Positions 19,247-31,603 of a stretch of DNA of 58,570 nucleotides are shown piece by piece. The notes under the pieces were generated by a model. The model was not told the origin of the DNA. It saw only the letters and a list, made by a program, of their open reading frames with translations, and ran no database searches. Numbering within the stretch: the stretch's first letter is position 1; each line of letters begins with the position of its first letter. Source of the DNA: Nitrospinota bacterium (GTDB lineage: Bacteria > Nitrospinota > Nitrospinia > Nitrospinales > VA-1); NCBI GenBank assembly GCA_014382285.1, contig JACNKA010000118.1:1-58570 (forward strand), written 5' to 3'. The translations under genes and the position numbers were made by a program.

Positions 19247-22066
19247 ATGGCACTGGATCACATCACCATAAAAGGCGCAAGAGAACATAACCTTAAAAAC
19301 CTTAACCTCACTCTGCCTCGGGAAAAACTAGTGGTGATAACGGGCTTGAGCGGTTCGGGAAAATCGTCTCTGGCTTTCGATACAATTTATGCCGAGGGCC
19401 AACGACGATACGTTGAGTCCCTTTCCGCCTACGCACGGCAGTTCCTCCAATTGATGGAGAAGCCAGATGTTGATTCCATTGATGGGCTCTCTCCGGCTAT
19501 TTCAATAGAGCAGAAAACATCCAGCAAAAACCCCCGTTCCACGGTTGGGACGGTGACCGAAATTTACGACTACCTGCGCCTGCTCTACGCCAGAGTCGGA
19601 AAGGTTTCCTGTTATGGTTGCGGGCGACAAATCACTTCACAAACCGTACAACATATCGTTGATCAGGTTCAAGCCATCCCCGTAGGCAAAAAGGTGATGA
19701 TTCTTTCCCCTGTAGCCCGGAACAAAAAGGGAGAATTCAAAAAAGAAATTCTGGATATGAAGCGGAACGGGTTCGTGCGCGTACGGATCAACGGTGAAGT
19801 CCGCTCTCTGGAGGAGGAAATTGTTCTCAACAAAAAATTCAAACACACTCTGGAAACAGTGGTGGACAGGCTCGTTATTAAGGAAAGCATGGGCAAGCGC
19901 CTGGCCGACTCGGTAGAAACTGCACTCAAGCATGGAGAAGGTTCTCTGGTCGTTGTAATTCTTGAAGATAAAGAAGATGAATTATTATTCAGCGAAAAAT
20001 TTGCCTGCAGTTACTGCAACATCAGCTACCCGGAACTTGAACCGCGCTTGTTCTCCTTCAACAATCCGCAAGGAGCCTGCTCTCAGTGTGATGGTCTGGG
20101 GATCAAGATGGTGATCGACCCTGAACTGGTCAGTCCGAACCCCAAACTTTCGGTTCGCGATGGAGCATTGAAGCCTTGGGAAAAACGCAGCTCCATCTAT
20201 TTCCACCAGATGCTGGACACAATCTCCACCCATTTCAAGTTCAAACTCAGCACCCCGTTTGAGAAACTCCCTAAAAAAGTTCGTGACATTTTATTATTCG
20301 GTTCCGGTGATGAGCCTATAAAATATTTTTTTGAAAAGGACGGCAGAAAACAATTCTACACAGATACCTTCGATGGAGTGATCCCCGAGCTGGAAAGACG
20401 TTACCGTGAGACCGACTCCGCCTCCAGCCGGGAAGAAATTGCACGCTACATGCGCCCTCTTCCCTGTCAAACCTGTGATGGCGACCGATTGCGCAAAGAA
20501 GCCGTCTCGGTAAAAATAGCCGACTTGAATATAGTCGAACTCACAGCATTCTCCATTGGCAAAGCCCATCAATTTTTTGAAGAGTTGAAATTGACTCGGC
20601 AGGAACACAATATCGCTCGCAGAATCGTTAAGGAAATTAGAGAACGGCTGGGGTTCCTCATTAATGTCGGGCTGAATTATCTTTCGCTCGACCGTTCTTC
20701 AGGCACTCTGTCGGGCGGAGAAAGTCAACGCATTCGTCTTGCCACTCAGATAGGCTCCAGCCTGATGGGAGTCCTGTATGTCCTTGATGAACCCAGCATT
20801 GGACTGCACCAAAGAGACAACGACCGCCTGCTCAATACCCTGCTTCGTCTGCGCGATCTGGGCAACACCGTCATCGTGGTCGAGCATGATGAAGCAACCA
20901 TCCGAGCCGCCGACTATGTGGTGGATCTGGGCCCTGGCGCAGGAGTCCATGGCGGTGAGACCATTTTTGCAGGAACCCCTAAAGCCTTGCTTAAATCCAA
21001 AGATTCCCTGACGGGACAATATCTAACGGGGAAAAAAAAGATCCCGCTCCCCAAAATTCGGCGCAAGGGCAATGGGAAAACACTTGAGATATTGGGAGCA
21101 AAGGAAAACAACCTTAAAGACGTATCTGTGAAAATACCTCTGGGCTGTTTTGTCTGCGTGACCGGGGTTTCTGGTTCGGGGAAAAGCACTCTCACCATTG
21201 ATATTTTATACAAGGCTCTGGCCCGGCATTTCTGGCACTCGCTGGACAAGCCCGGAGAGTTTAAAAAAATTGAAGGCATTCATTGGCTCGATAAGGTCAT
21301 CGACATTGATCAGTCACCAATAGGAAGGACACCCAGATCCAATCCTGCCACCTATACCGGTGTATTCACCCTCGTCCGGGAATTGTTCAGCCAGGTTCCC
21401 GAGTCTCGCGCGCGCGGTTACAAACCGGGCCGATTCAGCTTTAACGTTAAAGGGGGACGATGCGAGGCCTGTCAAGGAGATGGAGTCATCAAAGTAGAAA
21501 TGCATTTTCTTCCCGATGTGTTTGTCACCTGCGATGTTTGCCAGGGAAAACGCTTCAACCGCGAAACCCTGGAAATTCTTTATAAAGGAAAAAGTATCGC
21601 CGATGTGCTGGATATGACCGCCGAGGAAGGTAAAGATTTTTTCACCAACATTCCTCCCATAAAAATCAAACTGCAAACCATCACTGATGTCGGGCTGGAT
21701 TATATAAGGCTGGGACAACAGGCCACCACATTATCAGGCGGAGAAGCGCAGCGGGTGAAGTTATCAAAAGAGTTGAGCAAGCGCAGTACAGGAAGAACCC
21801 TGTATATTCTGGACGAGCCTACTACCGGGTTACATTTTGCCGACATAGAACACCTGCTCAAAGTTCTCGACAAGCTGGTCGATTCCGGCAATACCGTGGT
21901 CATCATCGAACATAATATGGACGTGATCAAAACCGCCGACCATATCATCGACCTCGGCCCCGAAGGTGGCGATGGTGGCGGAAAGGTACTGGCAGAAGGC
22001 ACACCTGAACAGGTGGCGAAAGTCAAAGCCTCATACACCGGGAAATATTTAAAGGATTATCTTTAG
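19247..22066 (+). CDS. uvrA: Excinuclease ABC subunit A
   Basis: [32 protein letters not shown], two ABC cassettes ([16 protein letters not shown]) and Zn fingers. Confidence 0.98.
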   Translation: MALDHITIKGAREHNLKNLNLTLPREKLVVITGLSGSGKSSLAFDTIYAEGQRRYVESLSAYARQFLQLMEKPDVDSIDGLSPAISIEQKTSSKNPRSTVGTVTEIYDYLRLLYARVGKVSCYGCGRQITSQTVQHIVDQVQAIPVGKKVMILSPVARNKKGEFKKEILDMKRNGFVRVRINGEVRSLEEEIVLNKKFKHTLETVVDRLVIKESMGKRLADSVETALKHGEGSLVVVILEDKEDELLFSEKFACSYCNISYPELEPRLFSFNNPQGACSQCDGLGIKMVIDPELVSPNPKLSVRDGALKPWEKRSSIYFHQMLDTISTHFKFKLSTPFEKLPKKVRDILLFGSGDEPIKYFFEKDGRKQFYTDTFDGVIPELERRYRETDSASSREEIARYMRPLPCQTCDGDRLRKEAVSVKIADLNIVELTAFSIGKAHQFFEELKLTRQEHNIARRIVKEIRERLGFLINVGLNYLSLDRSSGTLSGGESQRIRLATQIGSSLMGVLYVLDEPSIGLHQRDNDRLLNTLLRLRDLGNTVIVVEHDEATIRAADYVVDLGPGAGVHGGETIFAGTPKALLKSKDSLTGQYLTGKKKIPLPKIRRKGNGKTLEILGAKENNLKDVSVKIPLGCFVCVTGVSGSGKSTLTIDILYKALARHFWHSLDKPGEFKKIEGIHWLDKVIDIDQSPIGRTPRSNPATYTGVFTLVRELFSQVPESRARGYKPGRFSFNVKGGRCEACQGDGVIKVEMHFLPDVFVTCDVCQGKRFNRETLEILYKGKSIADVLDMTAEEGKDFFTNIPPIKIKLQTITDVGLDYIRLGQQATTLSGGEAQRVKLSKELSKRSTGRTLYILDEPTTGLHFADIEHLLKVLDKLVDSGNTVVIIEHNMDVIKTADHIIDLGPEGGDGGGKVLAEGTPEQVAKVKASYTGKYLKDYL

Positions 22067-22068
22067 AC

Positions 22069-23888
<1,820 letters not shown>

Positions 23889-23919
23889 TCATTCCCCTCC
23901 ACAATTTTCAGTATCGCCA

Positions 23920-24786
23920 TCAACCTTTCAGAGCTTCGGCGCCATTTACGATTTCTATCAATTCTTTAGTGATGTATGCCTGTCGAGCTTTATTGTAAGT
24001 CAATGTCAGGCCTTCAATCATCTCACCGGCATTGCGACTGGCACTATCCATCGCTGTCATCCGCGCCCCATGTTCACTGGCACTGGATTCCAGAAACGCA
24101 CGATACACCTCTACTGTCATATAACGTTTCAGCAGTTCATCGAGAATCGATTCTTCATCCGGCTCGTAGATATAATCCACGGCAAATGTGTCCTCTTTAT
24201 GTGCCAGTTTCTCAGGAACAACGGGAAGCAATTGCTCAACAACAACTTCCTGCTGCATCACCGACTTAAATTCGTTGTAAACCATGAAAACCTTGTCGAC
24301 CTTCTTCTCTGTAAACAGAGCGGCCAGGTTTTCACCGATAGACTGTGCCTTCAAGTAATCAAAGTCTTTAGTCCAACCAATAATATTCTGTCGGATGTTG
24401 ACCGGGCGATTCTGAAAAACATCGTTGCCCTTTTTACCGGCAATGATCAAGGAGTTATCATTTTGCTCATTGTCTTTCAGATATTTGGCCGTCTTACGAA
24501 TGATGCTTCCGTTGAAACCACCGCATAGACCTTTATCCGAAGTGATGATTAGAAGCAGATGACGGTGTCCTTCCCGCTCGTCCAGTAAGGGATGCAGATC
24601 ACCACTGCACCTTGCCGCCAAATGATTGAGAACGTCCATCATCTTAATGGCATAAGGCCGGGCCTCCAGAATCGCGTGCTGAGCCTTGCGCAATTTCGAT
24701 GCCGCAACCAACTTCATGGCTTTGGTGATCTGTTGCGTATTTTTTACGCTCTGGATCCGTCTTTTAATATCTTTTAAATTAGGCAT
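23920..24786 (-). CDS. atpG: ATP synthase F1 gamma subunit
   Basis: SVKNTQQITKAMKLVA, SDKGLCGGFN, ARMTAM, NKARQAYITKELIEIV. Confidence 0.98.
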   Translation of the reverse strand: MPNLKDIKRRIQSVKNTQQITKAMKLVAASKLRKAQHAILEARPYAIKMMDVLNHLAARCSGDLHPLLDEREGHRHLLLIITSDKGLCGGFNGSIIRKTAKYLKDNEQNDNSLIIAGKKGNDVFQNRPVNIRQNIIGWTKDFDYLKAQSIGENLAALFTEKKVDKVFMVYNEFKSVMQQEVVVEQLLPVVPEKLAHKEDTFAVDYIYEPDEESILDELLKRYMTVEVYRAFLESSASEHGARMTAMDSASRNAGEMIEGLTLTYNKARQAYITKELIEIVNGAEALKG

Positions 24787-24789
24787 ATA

Positions 24790-26298
24790 TTAATTTTTAA
24801 AAAGACCCTTGAATTCTTCAATAGCGGCTTTCACCTGAGCTTCAGTTTCATCATCAAGTTTTTTAACTGCTGCAATCTTATCCATCACAGCCTTATGCTT
24901 GTCATCCATAAAATTGAGCAGGCCGCTTTCAAATTTTTGAATATCGGCTACAGGGATATCGTCAACCAGACCTCGTACACCCGCAAAGATAGAAACGATT
25001 TGCTCAACAACGCTCAAAGGTTTGTACTGCCCCTGCTTGAGCAACTCAACAAGCCGTTCGCCCCGGTGAAGCTGGGCCTGAGTTGCCGCATCCAAATCAC
25101 TACCAAACTGTGCAAAGGCTGCCATTTCACGATACTGAGCAAGGTCCAAACGCAACTTACCAGCAACCTGCTTCATGCCCTTAATTTGAGCCGCTCCACC
25201 AACACGAGAAACTGAAAGTCCAACGTTAATAGCAGGACGCACTCCAGAATAAAACAGATCAGTCTCAAGAAAGATCTGCCCGTCTGTAATGGAAATCACG
25301 TTAGTCGGGATATAGGCAGAAACGTCACCCGCCTGTGTTTCAATGATAGGCAATGCCGTCATGGATCCCGCTCCCAACTCGTCACTGACTTTTGCAGATC
25401 GCTCCAGCAATCGGGAATGCAGAAAGAAAACGTCACCCGGATACGCTTCGCGTCCCGGAGGACGTCTTAACAAGAGAGACAGCTGTCTGTAAGCCGCCGC
25501 CTGTTTACTGAGATCATCATAAACAATCAGGCAGTGCTGGCCGTTATCACGAAAATACTCACCCATTGCGCATCCGGCATAAGGTGCGATGAACTGCATC
25601 GGTGCCGGGTCACTGGCCGATGCCGAAACGACGATGGTGTATTCCATGGCACCATGCTGTTCCAGCGTTTTAACCACCCGGGCAACGGTAGACCGCTTCT
25701 GCCCCACCGCTACGTAAATGCAGAACATATTCTGCCCTTTTTGATTGATGATCGCGTCAATAGCAACGGCGGTTTTCCCCGTTTGCCGGTCACCAATGAT
25801 CAATTCTCTTTGTCCGCGACCAATAGGAATCATTCCATCAATAGACTTGATCCCGGTTTGCATGGGTTCATGAACCGATTTTCGGTCAATAACACCCGGC
25901 GCGACTCTTTCAATCGGGCCAAATTTTTCTGTCTTGATGGGTCCCTTGCCATCGATGGGTTGCCCCAGGCCATCTACCACCCGGCCGACCAGCTCAGGTC
26001 CGATTGGAACTTCCATGATGCGACCGGTCCGTTTGACCTCATCGCCTTCTTTAATATTATCGTCACGCCCGAGCAGAACTGCCCCGACATTATCTTCTTC
26101 AAGGTTCAAGACCATTCCAGCCAGGCCACCTGGGAATTCCAGAAGTTCACCCGACATGGCTTTTCCGAGGCCATAAATCCGCGCGATTCCGTCGCCCACA
26201 GAAATCACCCGTCCGGTTTCCTTGAGCTCGATCCCCTCTTCAAAGCCTTCAATTTGCTTTTGAATCAAGGAACTGATTTCATCGGCTCGTAAATTCAC
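24790..26298 (-). CDS. atpA: ATP synthase F1 alpha subunit
   Basis: [32 protein letters not shown]. Confidence 0.99.
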   Translation of the reverse strand: MNLRADEISSLIQKQIEGFEEGIELKETGRVISVGDGIARIYGLGKAMSGELLEFPGGLAGMVLNLEEDNVGAVLLGRDDNIKEGDEVKRTGRIMEVPIGPELVGRVVDGLGQPIDGKGPIKTEKFGPIERVAPGVIDRKSVHEPMQTGIKSIDGMIPIGRGQRELIIGDRQTGKTAVAIDAIINQKGQNMFCIYVAVGQKRSTVARVVKTLEQHGAMEYTIVVSASASDPAPMQFIAPYAGCAMGEYFRDNGQHCLIVYDDLSKQAAAYRQLSLLLRRPPGREAYPGDVFFLHSRLLERSAKVSDELGAGSMTALPIIETQAGDVSAYIPTNVISITDGQIFLETDLFYSGVRPAINVGLSVSRVGGAAQIKGMKQVAGKLRLDLAQYREMAAFAQFGSDLDAATQAQLHRGERLVELLKQGQYKPLSVVEQIVSIFAGVRGLVDDIPVADIQKFESGLLNFMDDKHKAVMDKIAAVKKLDDETEAQVKAAIEEFKGLFKN

Positions 26299-26850
26299 TT
26301 AGGCTACCTCCTCATTTTCTATTGTTCGTTTCAAGATCTCTAAACGGTTGCGAATGGTGTCATCCGCCACTTGGTCTCCGATGCGTAACATGATGCCGCC
26401 AATCAACGACTCATCCACCTCGGTATCGATCAAAATAGTTTTCCCTAAAACCTTATTCAACGCGGCTTTCAACCGGTCAATATTGGCTGTGGTCAAGGGG
26501 TGGGCAGAAGTGACATGAACCCGCATACGCCCCAAACGGCGGTCGACCACCAACTCAAAGTATTCAACAATTTTCCCCAGAAACAAGATCCTGCCTCGCT
26601 CATTGAGCAGGGTCATCAAACTGGATACCTTTTCTTCCACCGCCAGCCGATTGCATATCTCCTGAACAACGTTCTTTTTCTTTTCCGAGGAAATGGAAGG
26701 ATGCTTAAAAAATTGCGCCAGTTGTGGTTCTATCTTCATGGCCTCGTTGAAAGCCTTTAAATTTTCAAGGGCTTTTTCCAGCGCACCCGTATCAGAAATA
26801 TTCCCCGACAGGGCCTCGGCATATCTTTTTCCAACCTGGTTTTCGAGCAT
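26299..26850 (-). CDS. atpH: ATP synthase F1 delta subunit
   Basis: RYAEAL N-terminus, VDESLIGGIMLRIGDQVAD; operon position. Confidence 0.95.
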   Translation of the reverse strand: MLENQVGKRYAEALSGNISDTGALEKALENLKAFNEAMKIEPQLAQFFKHPSISSEKKKNVVQEICNRLAVEEKVSSLMTLLNERGRILFLGKIVEYFELVVDRRLGRMRVHVTSAHPLTTANIDRLKAALNKVLGKTILIDTEVDESLIGGIMLRIGDQVADDTIRNRLEILKRTIENEEVA

Positions 26851-26872
26851 CGTTCAGCCTTAAATTAGCGTG

Positions 26873-27400
26873 TCAATTTCGTTGACGTTTTTCCAGTTCC
26901 TGAACAACCTGTTCAATGGACTCTTCCACAAGCTTTTTCTTGTCATCTTCACCCAGAACTTTTTTCAGAAACTTCTCTGTCGAGGCAATCGTCAAAGCTG
27001 CTGCGTAACTGCGGATTTCCTGAAGAAGCTTGTTGCGCGAGTTCAGAACTTCCTGCTCTGCGTCTTTTTGAATCTGCCGAACTTTCGCTTCGGTTTCCTG
27101 AAGGCTTTTTTCCTGCGCCTTCCTGGACTCATCATGGGCCAACTGTACAATCGTCTCGGCCTTACCATGTGCGGCTTTCAGCGTTTCTTCCAGTTGTGTT
27201 TTGATTTCCAGCGCTTCGTTTTTCAATCTCTCAGAGTCTTCGATGTCATTCCGAATCTTTTTCTCGCGCATTTCCAGAGCTTCCAAAATGGGAGGAAAAG
27301 CAAATTTCTTGAGAATAAAAAACAAAAGTCCGAAAGAAAGCAACGACCAGAAAATCAGTGAGCCAAAAACAGAAACCTGTTCAAATTGTGGCATATCCAA
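26873..27400 (-). CDS. atpF: ATP synthase Fo b subunit
   Basis: TM helix, then FAFPPILEALEMREKKI and a coiled coil; operon position. Confidence 0.95.
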   Translation of the reverse strand: MDMPQFEQVSVFGSLIFWSLLSFGLLFFILKKFAFPPILEALEMREKKIRNDIEDSERLKNEALEIKTQLEETLKAAHGKAETIVQLAHDESRKAQEKSLQETEAKVRQIQKDAEQEVLNSRNKLLQEIRSYAAALTIASTEKFLKKVLGEDDKKKLVEESIEQVVQELEKRQRN

Positions 27401-27452
27401 TCCTTATGAAAAGTTCGTCCAACAGAGCAATGGCACCAGGCCATAGCCCCTT

Positions 27453-27674
27453 TTACGGCATGATGATAAAGGCGATGACCAATGCATACAGCGCAATCGC
27501 TTCTACCAATGCGAAACCGATCCAACAATATTTAGCAACCCGGGCCTCTGCGTTCGGCTGTCGCCCAACCGTCTCAATGGTTTTCGCGAAAATATAAGCG
27601 ATCCCCAAAGCGGCCCCAAAAAAACCGGCGGCACACAATCCCATTCCAATTAATGCAGCAGCTTCTGAACCCAT
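27453..27674 (-). CDS. atpE: ATP synthase Fo c subunit
   Basis: Helical hairpin with RQP loop and proton-binding Glu in ALVEAIALY. Confidence 0.96.
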   Translation of the reverse strand: MGSEAAALIGMGLCAAGFFGAALGIAYIFAKTIETVGRQPNAEARVAKYCWIGFALVEAIALYALVIAFIIMP

Positions 27675-27705
27675 TCTACCCTCCTAAGTTTTTGTCAAAA
27701 AATAA

Positions 27706-28437
27706 TTAATGCAACTTGATCACATCGCCAATATAAACACAAGTCAGCGTTGTAAAGATATAAGCTTGAATAAACGCAATCGCGATTTCCAATCCGTTAA
27801 TTACGATTGTAAACCCAAAAGGCAACCAGCCCAGCCATAGTGGCCCCGTCATGGCAAGCCCAAATAACACCGCGAGAACGGTATGCCCCGCCGTCATATT
27901 GGCGAACAAACGAACCGCAAGCGAAATAGGACGCGCCAGCATACTGATAACCTCAATAGGAACCATTAACGGAATCATGATTTTGGGAACTCCCGGTGGC
28001 ACAAGAATTCCCAGAAAATGCATGCCGTGCTTGCCAAATCCGATCACCAGAGTCAGGAGAAAGATGCCAACGGCAAAGGCCCCGGTCACTGCCAACTGAC
28101 TGGTGATGGTGTAAGAACCAGGAATCAGCCCGATCAGGTTGCAAGCCAGAATAAATAAAAACAGGCTGGCAATGAACGGAACATATTTCTTACCCTCGTC
28201 TTCTCCGATGAATTCATAGACCATACTGCGTATGAATTCCAGAGAGATTTCCAAAATGCTCTGCAGTTTTCCCGGTATGGGAGAGACTCCCCGGTTCACC
28301 ACAAGCATGAAACTCCCGGCAATGACGGCCAACCCCACCCACATCGCCACTACAGCGTTGTTGATAGAAAGATCCAACCCAGCTATATGAATAGGAATAA
28401 TATTGTGAACTTCAAAATGATGTAACGGACTTTCCAT
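27706..28437 (-). CDS. atpB: ATP synthase Fo a subunit
   Basis: PGKLQS, NLIGLIP, SLAVRLFANMTAGH (essential Arg), IQAYIFTTL. Confidence 0.97.
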   Translation of the reverse strand: MESPLHHFEVHNIIPIHIAGLDLSINNAVVAMWVGLAVIAGSFMLVVNRGVSPIPGKLQSILEISLEFIRSMVYEFIGEDEGKKYVPFIASLFLFILACNLIGLIPGSYTITSQLAVTGAFAVGIFLLTLVIGFGKHGMHFLGILVPPGVPKIMIPLMVPIEVISMLARPISLAVRLFANMTAGHTVLAVLFGLAMTGPLWLGWLPFGFTIVINGLEIAIAFIQAYIFTTLTCVYIGDVIKLH

Positions 28438-28456
28438 AGTTCAAATCAAATCCAAA

Positions 28457-28702
28457 TCAGGAGTTATTATCATCGTCTTCATTAAATTCTTCGGCACTCA
28501 GCAACATGGCCGCCCGATAAACATTCAAACTGCCAGCCGCCCCACCAAGGACAACCCCAACTGCCAAACCCCAGGGCCGGATGCCAAAAAATTGATCCAC
28601 ACCATAACCCAGCATTGCACCTATAAATGTGGCTACCGTCAGTTCAGTTCCCAATCTGAACGCGATCTGCATACCCTGGCGAAAGCCGTTGTTTTCTCTC
28701 AT
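28457..28702 (-). CDS. atpI: AtpZ/AtpI-family ATP synthase protein I
   Basis: ELTVATFIGAMLGYGVDQFFGIRPWG; first gene of the atp operon. Confidence 0.85.
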   Translation of the reverse strand: MRENNGFRQGMQIAFRLGTELTVATFIGAMLGYGVDQFFGIRPWGLAVGVVLGGAAGSLNVYRAAMLLSAEEFNEDDDNNS

Positions 28703-28943
28703 TATTTCAGTGCTTGGGAGGAACTAGCAGGAAACCGGGGTCATCATACCTCAACGTCCTAATGTTGTCCAAAAAATTATTTTCACAGCTGAATCGCCCC
28801 AACTACTTGAAATCACCGGCCTAAACCTCATTAATCAGGTATTAAACCAGAATCAGAAGGAATTTTTTATTGCGCGTACAGCCTGAAAGCCCATTAAAAA
28901 GGCCTCAGGATCACAACTAATTTTCAATATATGGGTTCTTTAA

Positions 28944-29270
28944 TTAATAAGGGAGGGTTCCGTATTCAGTTTCATAAGCTTCAAGGGGTATCATATCGAT
29001 CGCATCCCAGGGACAACCTTCTAACAGAGTATCCATTGGACCTTTAGTGATACACTTTTTACAACCAATGCAAAGCAAGGGATCTACATGAACACGGTTA
29101 AAAGCCGGAGCATCTGGATTCTGCACCTCATACATACAAAGATCAACGGGGCACTCAGTGACACAAATGGGTGAGCCACCACAACCGGTACAGGCATCGT
29201 TGATAACAGCCAGTATTTTTGGTTTTCGTTTTCTCTGTACGTTACGCTTAACTTTTTCTATGGTGGCCAT
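28944..29270 (-). CDS. 4Fe-4S dicluster ferredoxin-like protein
   Basis: CTGC-x5-CxxxCP and CIGCKKC-x12-CP motifs. Confidence 0.85.
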   Translation of the reverse strand: MATIEKVKRNVQRKRKPKILAVINDACTGCGGSPICVTECPVDLCMYEVQNPDAPAFNRVHVDPLLCIGCKKCITKGPMDTLLEGCPWDAIDMIPLEAYETEYGTLPY

Positions 29271-29664
29271 AAATCTACCCTATTAAAAATCAGTTTAAAG
29301 AGGCACTCGGTAAGTGTAACAAAATCGTTGGGAATTATAACCTCAATTGATCTGCCATTTCAATATTTAGGCGGATAAAGAATGAGAAAAAATTAAAGAG
29401 TGCCCACGCCCACCCACCCGCTATGCTGACAGTCCAGGGAAATCTCCAGCAAAAACTTTATCCAAGACCCTTTTTAATTTACACCCAAGGTCTCGTTGTA
29501 TTAAGATAAGGCTTGAGTGGTTTCGGGATAAGTTCAACTTCTTTAAGGGGTTGTGGCTATTCCGTATTTCCGCACCGGATCGTGAACCGGATAATTCAAA
29601 TAAGAAACCCTTCCCTGTCTCTTCTCCCATCATTGGAAGAATAGGTGAGCCAAATGTTTTTGCC

Positions 29665-30684
29665 ATGTCATTCAAATCGATTCTGGGCCAGTCGCAGCCT
29701 AAAAAAATACTGACCAACGCACTCCAAAACAGCAGTGTTGCACACGCCTACCTGTTTTATGGGCCTGATAGTGTTGGCAAAAAAATGTTAGCCACCACCC
29801 TGGCAAAAGCTCTCAATTGTAAAGGGGCTGATCCGCTGGATGCCTGTGATGAATGCGAGTCCTGCCGAAAAATTGAGCGCAGAATCCATCCAGATTTTTT
29901 CTACCTTGAGCCGGTCAAAAGTACCCCAACAGCCCGGGAAGCATCCATCAAAATAGAAGCCATTCGCGAGTTACAAAAAAAACTGGCCTACCTGCCGTAT
30001 GAGGGGAAAACAAAAGTTGTGGTGATCGATTCGGCCGAACTCATGAACCCGCAAGCCATGAACTCATTTTTAAAAACGTTGGAGGAGCCACCCTCCTCCA
30101 CCGTACTAATACTTATCTCTGCTAATCCCAATAGGTTGTTGCCGACCCTACTCTCGAGATGCCAGGGAATTCAGTTTCATCGTCTATCTTCTGCAAATAT
30201 CAGGACCATCATCCAGTCCCAACCTGAGGGAGAAGAAGAACCGCTAAAGGAATCAGAAATTGATTTTCGCGTCCACCGTTCACAGGGAAGTGTGACCCGG
30301 GCACTGGAAGAAGACATTGCAGAAGTAGAACATTTAAGAGAACAATTGCTTGAGGTTCTGGAAAAAGTTTCTTTCGAGCGCATGGACATTGTCTTTGCCT
30401 TTGCCAAAGCCTGGGCAAGACAAACAGAGCAACTTCAACCTGTTTTGAATGAATTGTTAGGATTGATTCGCGATCTGGCCCTATATCGTTCCGGCTGTAG
30501 TCAATCAGATATCCAAAATGGGGATTTATCCGTTAAGATGATACCCATTGCAGAAAGTCATAGCCTAAAAGCCTGGATGGATCGATTCACTGCCGTCCGC
30601 AATACCCAGATCGCCTTATCCGGCAACGCCAATCCCCAGTTGTTTCTTGAAAACATGCTCATCGAATTTTGTGAGGCCGCATAA
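29665..30684 (+). CDS. holB: DNA polymerase III delta' subunit
   Basis: MSFKSILGQ start (ATG 29665), AHAYLFYGP, CDECESC, HPDF, NSFLKTLEEPP, LLPTLLSRCQ. Confidence 0.93.
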   Translation: MSFKSILGQSQPKKILTNALQNSSVAHAYLFYGPDSVGKKMLATTLAKALNCKGADPLDACDECESCRKIERRIHPDFFYLEPVKSTPTAREASIKIEAIRELQKKLAYLPYEGKTKVVVIDSAELMNPQAMNSFLKTLEEPPSSTVLILISANPNRLLPTLLSRCQGIQFHRLSSANIRTIIQSQPEGEEEPLKESEIDFRVHRSQGSVTRALEEDIAEVEHLREQLLEVLEKVSFERMDIVFAFAKAWARQTEQLQPVLNELLGLIRDLALYRSGCSQSDIQNGDLSVKMIPIAESHSLKAWMDRFTAVRNTQIALSGNANPQLFLENMLIEFCEAA

Positions 30685-30689
30685 AACTT

Positions 30690-31586
30690 ATGAATACCGC
30701 TGTTGAAGAAAAACCCCAAAATCCATCTGCCAAGCAACCGCCCAAATTTGTTATCGGGGTACGGGTTCTTGAGCAGATTAAGTCAGAACTTTATAACCCC
30801 GGTGATTTGAAGCTGAAAGTCGGAATGACAGTAATGATCAACACTCAGCAAGGTTTGAAAATGGGTGTGGTGGCCTCAAATAAAGTCCTTAATTTCCGCA
30901 AGGATAGTAACGAGACCCGAGTATTACGCATCGCCAATGACAACGATTTTCAGGCGGAAAACCGACGACAACAGATTGAGGAAAAGGCCAGAACCCTATG
31001 CATTAACAAGGTCGCAGAACTGAAACTGTCGATGAACCTAAGCCGGGTGGTACACCAGCCACATATGAACAAAACTATTTTTTTCTTCACCGCCGAAGGT
31101 CGGGTAGACTTCCGCCAATTGATCCGCGATCTCGCCGCCAACCTGCGCCACCGCATTGAGATGAAACAGGTCGGGGTGCGTGACGAAGCCAAAGTTATAG
31201 GAGGATATGGAGTGTGCGGGGAAACGCTTTGCTGTTCCACCTGGCTGCCCGACTTTACACCGGTGACCATAAAAATGGCCAAGAATCAGGGGATGGCTCT
31301 CAACCCCAGCAAAATTTCCGGCGTATGCGGACGGCTCATGTGCTGTCTTCAATATGAACACGATAACTACAAAGCTCTCATCAAGAATCTTCCCCGAGTA
31401 AACAGCCATATTAAAACTCCGGATGGCCAGGGTCGTGTCCTTAAAAATGAAATACTGGAACAACGTGTCGTGGTTCTACTGGAGGATGCTAGTGTAATGA
31501 CCTATGCTCTGGACGAACTGCCAAAACCCCAGGACTCGCAAAACCATGAAAACTCTCGAAAACCTGAACACTCCCAAAAACCCTGA
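30690..31586 (+). CDS. PSP1-domain protein (YaaT/RicT family)
   Basis: FFFTAEGRVDFRQL, RIEMKQVGVRDEAK, CGETLCC, KISGVCGRLMCCLQYE; usual holB-PSP1-metG synteny. Confidence 0.92.
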   Translation: MNTAVEEKPQNPSAKQPPKFVIGVRVLEQIKSELYNPGDLKLKVGMTVMINTQQGLKMGVVASNKVLNFRKDSNETRVLRIANDNDFQAENRRQQIEEKARTLCINKVAELKLSMNLSRVVHQPHMNKTIFFFTAEGRVDFRQLIRDLAANLRHRIEMKQVGVRDEAKVIGGYGVCGETLCCSTWLPDFTPVTIKMAKNQGMALNPSKISGVCGRLMCCLQYEHDNYKALIKNLPRVNSHIKTPDGQGRVLKNEILEQRVVVLLEDASVMTYALDELPKPQDSQNHENSRKPEHSQKP

Positions 31587-31603
31587 AGCTGAAAACCCAA
31601 TAC

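Noticed and set aside
29551-29664. N-terminal extension of holB in the track; also checked for a tmk remnant
   Set aside because: Homology starts at MSFKSILGQ, and no thymidylate-kinase motifs were seen upstream.
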